From the human T2T-CHM13v2.0 reference genome, Homo sapiens, in NCBI RefSeq assembly GCF_009914755.1, contig NC_060939.1: DNA of 64,000 nt; one strand, 5' to 3'. The notes below the pieces were generated by a model. It made no database searches and was not told where the DNA came from. It was given only the letters and a program-made list of their open reading frames with translations. Of the stretch, positions 57,000-64,000 are shown in pieces (the stretch's first letter is position 1; each line of letters starts with the position of its first letter). The position numbers and the translations under genes are program-made.

Positions 57000-59830
57000 A
57001 CAGTTTTCCTTGCAGAGAGAAGTTATTTCATATCCAAAATAATAATAACATTTATGAAAGAGGAGCAATTAGAGAACAAGAAAGAGCTATTGAGTATTAC
57101 AAATTAAATACTGGAATTTAAAAAATGTTGAAGTTGTATCTCTGAAAAGTAGAGTAAAAAAGATGGAGTTAAAAAGCAGGAGAGAAAAGAAATATGAAAA
57201 ATTAAAATGTGATCTAAAAAATTCAACATTGCTATTATAGTAGATGCAGAAACCAAGAACAAAATAAAATAGTAATCTGAACATTATCACAGAAAGAATG
57301 CAAAAATATTTTATAGAACTAAAGACATGAATTTCCAAATTGAAAGAATATATATATTATGTGCTCATGTTTTATAAAAGAGTCCACTTTCCCCAATTTT
57401 ATAAAACCCACCCCTGGGTATGCCATTATGAAATTTCAGAATACCAGTGATAAAAGGTCCTAAAAGCTTTAAGGGGAACGTAAACAGGTCACACACAAAG
57501 GAAAGGGTACAATGAGCTTCAGAATTCTTAAAAACATCCTTGGAAGCTAGAAGATAATGAAGTTTGCAAAGCTTTAAAAAATACGATGGAAATTATTTCT
57601 AACCTGGCTTCTATGTCCAGCTAGACCACCAATCAAAAGTAAGCATAGAATAAAGACATTTTTCAAAATACAAGGAGTCAAATTTTTTTTCCATAGGACT
57701 TTTTCTTAGAAAACTACTGGAAGTGTCTTCTATCAGACCAATTGGGTAAACTAACAAAGAGGAAGACATGAAACCCAGAAAATAATATAACACAAAAGGA
57801 AGAGAGCAATGAGACCCTAATATAGGGTAGGAGGAGGGAAGACTGTAAAAAAGAGGTCACCAAATTACCTGATATTTTGATCATTTGGAAATTAATACCG
57901 ATAAGCATCTCACAGATGTAATGTAGTTGAGGGAAAGATTTAAGGATAGGTGTATAGAAAAGACAAGTAAAACAGTAATCGATCATTAACGCTAGAAAAG
58001 TAAAAATTTTATAAGAAAAGTTCTGTAAGACCATAGTATATAATTTTTTAGTGAATATTTATATTGTCATAATAATGTAAATAGTTGACTCTTGATTTTA
58101 TTATTGGTAGGTTAGCCAAGTGAGAGACTTGTATGTATGGTGTGGTATCCACCCTATGTAGAACCAATAAGTTAAGGAATCACAGTCAGGAATATTGTTT
58201 AGCAAAAGGGAGGTAAGTATTAGAAGAAATAGCTGAAATTTGCAGGGTTTTTTTTTTTTTTTTTTTCCTCCTGGGCAGTGTGTTCAGGATCAGGGAAGGG
58301 AAGCTGAAGAATGTAGGTTTTCACTTATTTTACTTTGATTAAAAAATAAATTATTTAAAAATACTAGTATAACTGAAAATGAAAGTTGACAATGAAATAT
58401 TTGGAATTGGTGAGATAATGATAAATATTACAGATGAATGTACCTCTCTGAGTTGTTCCTATCTTTAAAGTGGTAAATGATAGTAGCTAAAATGTTTGAG
58501 ATTTAAAAGAATTATCACCAAGCAAAACTGACAACACTATGCTACTGGTAGGAAACTGAATATATTCAGAAAGCCCCAAGACAGAACAGAGAGACAAAAC
58601 AAGTAAAGATGTGCTAGAGCCAAACAACATAATTATTAAGGTTGTACAGATGGATAGATTTTGAATGTTATCCCTTAAAATGGAGACTACACCTAGTACC
58701 TGTGAAGCATTGACAAACATTATCCGTATATTTGCTCACAGAGGGAAGCTCAATATATTTAAAAAGGAAGAAATGGTAGAGACTTCATTTTCTGACCACA
58801 ATACAGGTAGAGATTAGCAACATTTACAAATAAAGACCCTCCAAACAAAAACAGCACAGCAACAAAATACTACATATGCAACAACTTTCTCAGAATCAAA
58901 TCTTGGGTCAAAGCAGAAATCAAAACCCCAAAGAGAAACTATCTAGAAAATAGTAATAGAAACATTACTGTGGTGGAAACTGTTTACTGCCTTTCTAAAG
59001 TCCATTCTCCTCTCTCTTTTTACTAACAGAACATTGATTTTGTTGCATGTTGATGACCAGCTTAAGTACCCTATTTTCCAGTCTCCCTTGCGGCTGGGGG
59101 TGGCCATATGATTAAGTTCTCACTAATAAGATATAAGGGATTATTGTTAGGTGGGGATTCCAGGAAAGCTATTTAAAAAGAAGGTTGAGTCACTTGGCCT
59201 AAGCTTTTGGGCTATGTGATGCTGGATCAGCTATCTTGTAATCATAATCATAAGCTATCTTTAATCACATGTTAAAGACAGATGAGTGGAAAGATAGAAG
59301 GGGTGCTCCTTATCCCAGGGTCTCTTTCAGTCCTAGACTTCCTATCTCTGGGGAAAAGTTCCTGTCTTAAGCTGCTATGTGGGGAGTCTATTAGTAGGAA
59401 CTGACATAATTTTTAAGTGACATAGTTACAAACCACAATTTATGTGATTAAAGAATGAAAATAAACAAGTAAAGCATCCAAGTCAAGGAGTTAGAAATAG
59501 AACAACAAAATAAAACAAAGGAAAGTGGAAGGAAATAATAAAAATCAAACTAGAACTCAGTAAAGTTGAAAATTAAAGAAAAAAATGCTTGATAAATCCA
59601 GGAGCTAGTTCTTTAGGGAAACAATTTAAAAAAATACATACACATATATATTCTACCAGTGTAATCAAGAAATAGAAGAAAACACAACATTAGATAATAA
59701 ATGATTTATCCTACCCAAATTCTGCAAATAAATTTGAAAATTGGATGGAATAGATGATTTTCTTGGAAAATGTGCTAGTAGATTGACTCTAGAATAGAAA
59801 GAAAACTCAAAAAGTCTCTCAAAAGTGGAA
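57000..59830 (+). mobile_element. Highly decayed L1M ORF1/ORF2-region fragments (split by an MLT1 LTR)
   Basis: A-rich sense L1 motifs: aaagacatgaatttccaaattgaaag, ttggaagctagaagataatg, ttttctgaccacaat, aaatttgaaaa..ggatggaatagatgattttcttggaaa. Confidence 0.65.
58969..59423 (+). mobile_element. MLT1-type LTR
   Basis: tgtgg...attttccagtctcccttgcggctgggggtggccatatgattaagttct. Confidence 0.65.
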
Positions 59831-60451
59831 AAAAAAAAAGACAACTGTTATTTGTGACCAGTTGCTACTGTTCTTCCTGGAGTCCCTTTGCCATTGCTGT
59901 TTTGCAAAGTGTTAGAAGTGAATTTCTGGTGAGGAACCTCGGAGTGTGAGGCAGGGTGAGCATCCTGCTTGGTGAGCTCTCTGCAGTCATCTGGCAAGGT
60001 TGGCCACACACCAGAAAGGCAACGGCAACTATTCTTGGCATCAGGACCCATCACAAAACACAGAGCCCTGAGTGTTCTTCATTTTTTAAATAATATTTTC
60101 CAGATCAATATGCTATTGAACTTTTTTGCTAAGAAGAAAAGATTGAAAATGATTTATAATCATTTAATTTCACTGTCAGTCTCACAAACAACTGATTCCT
60201 TATGGTAAAAGTGTTGGAAACATTATATTCAAATAGTAGTGTTAAAGATTTTGCAGCAAGATTGTGGGTAAAAAAGGCTGAAAGTGTTTTGAGAGGAAAA
60301 TGAACTGCAGAGTAACAAAGAAAAATGGTGAGCGTCAGAATTCCTTAGCTCTTAATTATTTTCATGGAAAAGTACCTAGTTCTCAAATGCTGGTAACTGG
60401 AACATCCTATTGGTTAAAAATAAACAGCATAAAGTTTCAGGAAACCAACTA

Positions 60452-60457
<6 letters not shown>

Positions 60458-60493
<36 letters not shown>
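60458..60493 (+). repeat. A36 homopolymer
   Basis: Direct count; no attached Alu/L1 body. Confidence 0.95.
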
Positions 60494-60497
<4 letters not shown>

Positions 60498-60828
60498 ACC
60501 AGAACAGCCCAAAACAGAATAACAAAGTCAGAATAATGAAGCTACGCCAAAAGTGTCAGGTCATTACACGGGTTGTCTGCCCTCAGGCCAGGGTTCAAAC
60601 CCAGTGGTGACAAACTCAGTGGCCACGTGGGCTGAAGGGCATCCAGAAAGTCCTGCTGGGTCACCAGAGGGCTGCCCTTCAGCACTTGGTTCTGAGGTGT
60701 CTTTGCTGTTTAAAATGTCTTGTTTTCTTTGAACTTTGAAGTTTCCCCTTCCTAATTATTTCAGTCTTCATTTAAACAGATGTAATTCTAACCTAATGTC
60801 CTCTTTTTACCCCATCTCTCCCTGGTAG

Positions 60829-60843
60829 CTGGAACAGTGAACC
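60829..60843 (+). other. CGNL1: 5'UTR part of first coding exon (exon 60829-62445)
   Basis: Acceptor ctctttttaccccatctctccctggtag|CTGGAACAGTGAACC ATG. Branch-point-like ctaac/ctaat at about 60788-60797. Confidence 0.88.
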
Positions 60844-62445
60844 ATGGAGCTGTATTTCGGTGAATATCAACATGTGCAGCAGGAATATGGGGTCCATCTG
60901 AGACTCGCAAGTGATGATACCCAAAAATCAAGGAGTTCCCAGAACTCCAAGGCAGGCTCCTACGGTGTCAGTATTCGGGTCCAGGGAATTGATGGTCACC
61001 CCTATATTGTCCTGAATAACACAGAACGGTGCCTAGCAGGCACATCGTTTTCTGAAAATGGGCCACCCTTTCCACCTCCAGTGATAAATAACCTGCCTCT
61101 ACATTCCAGCAATGGTTCTGTGCCAAAGGAGAACAGTGAAGAACTTCAGCTTCCAGAAAACCCATACGCCCAGCCTAGCCCAATAAGAAACCTGAAACAG
61201 CCCCTGCTCCATGAGGGCAAGAATGGAGTTCTAGATCGCAAAGACGGGTCTGTGAAGCCATCTCACCTGCTGAACTTTCAGAGGCATCCAGAGCTTTTGC
61301 AACCCTATGACCCTGAAAAGAATGAGTTGAATTTACAAAATCACCAGCCTTCTGAGAGTAATTGGCTAAAAACGTTGACAGAAGAAGGCATCAACAATAA
61401 GAAGCCTTGGACTTGCTTTCCCAAACCTAGCAATTCCCAGCCTACCAGTCCCTCCTTGGAAGACCCGGCCAAATCTGGTGTGACAGCTATTCGTTTATGC
61501 AGCTCCGTGGTCATAGAGGACCCCAAAAAGCAGACCTCAGTGTGTGTAAACGTTCAGAGCTGCACCAAGGAGAGGGTGGGAGAGGAGGCCCTTTTCACTA
61601 GCGGGAGGCCCCTGACTGCCCACAGCCCACATGCCCACCCTGAAACCAAGAAAACCAGGCCAGATGTTCTTCCCTTCCGGCGACAGGATTCAGCGGGACC
61701 CGTCCTGGATGGAGCTCGGTCCCGGAGGTCCTCCTCGTCATCCACAACTCCCACGTCAGCCAACTCTTTGTACAGGTTTTTACTGGATGATCAGGAATGT
61801 GCCATCCATGCCGACAACGTCAATCGTCATGAAAACAGAAGGTATATTCCCTTCCTGCCAGGAACTGGACGGGATATTGATACAGGATCAATTCCTGGTG
61901 TGGATCAGTTAATTGAAAAATTTGATCAAAAACCTGGGCTTCAGAGAAGAGGAAGGTCTGGGAAGCGAAACAGAATTAATCCAGATGACAGGAAAAGATC
62001 CAGAAGCGTGGATAGCGCCTTTCCTTTTGGCCTCCAAGGGAACTCGGAGTACCTGATTGAATTCAGTAGGAACTTGGGCAAGTCAAGCGAACACCTCCTC
62101 CGGCCTTCCCAGGTGTGCCCGCAGCGGCCACTGTCTCAGGAGCGCCGTGGGAAACAGAGCGTGGGCCGCACCTTTGCAAAGCTGCAGGGAGCAGCGCACG
62201 GGGCTTCATGTGCCCACTCCAGGCCTCCCCAGCCGAACATAGATGGGAAAGTTCTGGAAACCGAAGGTAGTCAGGAAAGTACAGTGATCCGTGCGCCCTC
62301 CCTTGGTGCACAGAGTAAAAAGGAGGAGGAGGTGAAAACAGCCACCGCTACGCTGATGTTACAGAACCGGGCAACAGCAACTTCGCCTGATTCTGGTGCC
62401 AAGAAAATTTCCGTGAAGACATTTCCTTCGGCCTCAAATACTCAG
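60844..62445 (+). CDS. CGNL1: CGNL1 first coding exon, coding part (aa 1-534, globular head incl. ZO-1 interaction motif)
   Basis: ORF MELYFGEYQHVQQEYGVHLRL...KAGSYGVSIRVQGIDGHPY... recognised as paracingulin N-terminus. Strong Kozak (accATGG), in-frame TGA 6 nt upstream. Donor CAG|GTAACA after 62445 (1602 nt, phase 0). The ORF track's last 16 aa are intron read-through. Confidence 0.97.
60952..60996 (+). other. CGNL1: ZO-1 interaction motif (ZIM) codons, AGSYGVSIRVQGIDG (aa 37-51)
   Basis: Matches the cingulin-family YGV.(I/V)R.QGI.G ZIM signature. Confidence 0.85.
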
Positions 62446-63221
62446 GTAACACTAGTGCGATTCCTGTTTGGTTTTTTTTCTCTTCCTTCTAAATAATGTA
62501 ATGATGTACTTATGCTGCAGGAGGCCATAGGAATTACACATCCTCAATCTTGTATCAGGAATCACACAGCTGATCTGTTTCAGGATCCAGTTGTGTCCTA
62601 CTGACGATGTCCTACTGCCAATTGTATAGTTTTCTGGGTTCTTTGAAGTTCAGCTGGATTCCCATTGTGATCTCTCTGTAAAGTAACTTGGCAGACGCTA
62701 CAGAGAGGCTCAATTGTTCTGTTTGTGTATGCATGAAATCTGAAAGTATGCAGAATTTGTTTCTACACAGAGGCTGAATAGTTAGGTTTGTGTAGGTATA
62801 TTAATTTTCCTCATAAAATTGAGTGACTGGGTTAATTTCTAGCCTGAAAAATTAGGTTAATTTTCATTTAGGTTAATTGTCAAGTGAGAATCTAAGTGGC
62901 ACATTTAGTGTTTTGATAGTAACAATAAAAAATAATGATATTGATAAAATGGTAAAAAAAAAAAAAAAAGTAGCTAAGTGCTAGGCACTGTTTGTTATAT
63001 ATTACAGGATTGCACCAACCCTGTGCAGGTAGTACCTATTAACCTCAACTTACAGGTGAGAAAATTGAGGCGAGGAGAAGTTAAGTAACTTCCCCAAGAT
63101 TATGAAGCTGGTAAATGTTGTAACTGGCTCTAAGAAGGATGCTCACTGGAGGAATTGTTTGGTGTTTGGAAGCCTCTGGGAACTTCATCCTCATGGTCTA
63201 ACAACAGGCCTTATGTTCCAG
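62446..63221 (+). other. CGNL1: 776-nt GT-AG intron between the two coding exons
   Basis: GTAACA ... tctaac branch point ... ttccag. Confidence 0.92.
62970..63150 (-). mobile_element. MIR in the 776-nt intron
   Basis: ttacaggtgagaaaattgaggc..gagaagttaagtaacttccccaag. Confidence 0.8.
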
Positions 63222-63316
63222 GCCACACCGGATCTCTTAAAGGGCCAGCAAGAGCTCACTCAGCAAACCAATGAGGAGACAGCTAAGCAGATTCTCTACA
63301 ATTACCTCAAAGAAGG
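63222..63316 (+). CDS. CGNL1: CGNL1 second coding exon (ATPDLLKGQQELTQQTNEETAKQILYNYLKEG)
   Basis: Acceptor ttatgttccag|GCC, donor AGG|GTTAGT. The peptide continues in frame from ...ASNTQ and resembles the cingulin-family TPDLL...LK.G block preceding the coiled-coil rod. Confidence 0.93.
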
Positions 63317-64000
63317 GTTAGTGATTTTCCCTCTGAAAGAGCAAAGTATTGTTGTTTCTGGTGGGACTCTTAATTTCCTTTTCCGAGGCTTTAATGGTTA
63401 CCTTCCTTTCTTGCCCTGTGCCAGCCGTTGGAGGGTTAAAACTCAATGGCTGGGGTTTTCGTGACGGCATTTGTCTTGTGTGGTATGGGGTGGGGGCTTT
63501 GGGAGGGGTGTGTAGGAAAGGACACCATACTTTAAAAATTAAAATGAATACATTTTTAAAGTGACCCTTTACTATTTCAAAAGCAAATTCAAAGATAGGA
63601 GGAGTTTCTACTCTTCAGGTTTGAATGGAGTCCGCCATCACCTTGAGTTCTTCCGTGCAATGTGGTAGTCCTTTAGAAGTTACAAATAAAAACACCTCCC
63701 CTCCCCAGAGTTAACATTGGCCAAGAGCCCCTGCTTCCATTATTTTTAAAGCATGTGTGAGTCATTTAAAAGCAGTGCTTTCCATGCTTATCTTGGTGGT
63801 TGAGGTGGAATAATCAGCGTTTCAGCCCTTACTTAGATACTAACTGTGCTGGAACTTGAGCAAGGAATTTGAGGTTTCTGTTTCAGTTCTCTCAACAGAT
63901 GTGATTAAGAGGAAGGACAAAAAAAAAAAAAAAGCTTTACAGCCTACATGACTGAAAACCAGCCACTTGGCAAATCCTCATTGGTATCAAAATACTGTAT

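Noticed and set aside
62446-62496. Last 16 aa of the 550-aa ORF as part of canonical CGNL1
   Set aside because: Lies past the CAG|GTAACA donor; the conserved peptide continues at 63222.
63102-63464. 120-aa ORF as an independent gene
   Set aside because: Only 63222-63316 is exonic; the flanks are MIR/intron read-through.

Overview
This is human (or very close great-ape) genomic DNA from the CGNL1 gene (cingulin-like 1 / paracingulin / JACOP), transcribed on the + strand. About 60.8 kb is the long first intron; the non-coding exon 1 lies upstream of the window. The intron is followed by the 1617-nt first coding exon (60829-62445, ATG at 60844, head domain with the ZO-1 interaction motif), a 776-nt intron, and a 95-nt exon (63222-63316). 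The intron is dense in repeats: about 32 Alu copies or fragments (about 21 antisense, 11 sense), MIR, L2, CR1/L3, L1M, MaLR solo LTRs, MER5B/MER20/MER30, and an antisense U6 snRNA retrocopy. Nearly all short ORFs in the track are repeat-derived noise. There are no prokaryotic-type systems. The best novel candidate is a vertebrate-style recursive splice site (polypyrimidine-CAG|GTAAGA plus an RS-exon) near mid-intron at 28273/28274, about 270 nt downstream of the antisense U6 copy. Other candidates include a 35-bp perfect inverted repeat with a competing internal hairpin (4552-4657), several template-switch scars, cryptic or micro-exons, and routes to head-only CGNL1 products. Repeat subfamily calls and boundaries were made by eye and are approximate.
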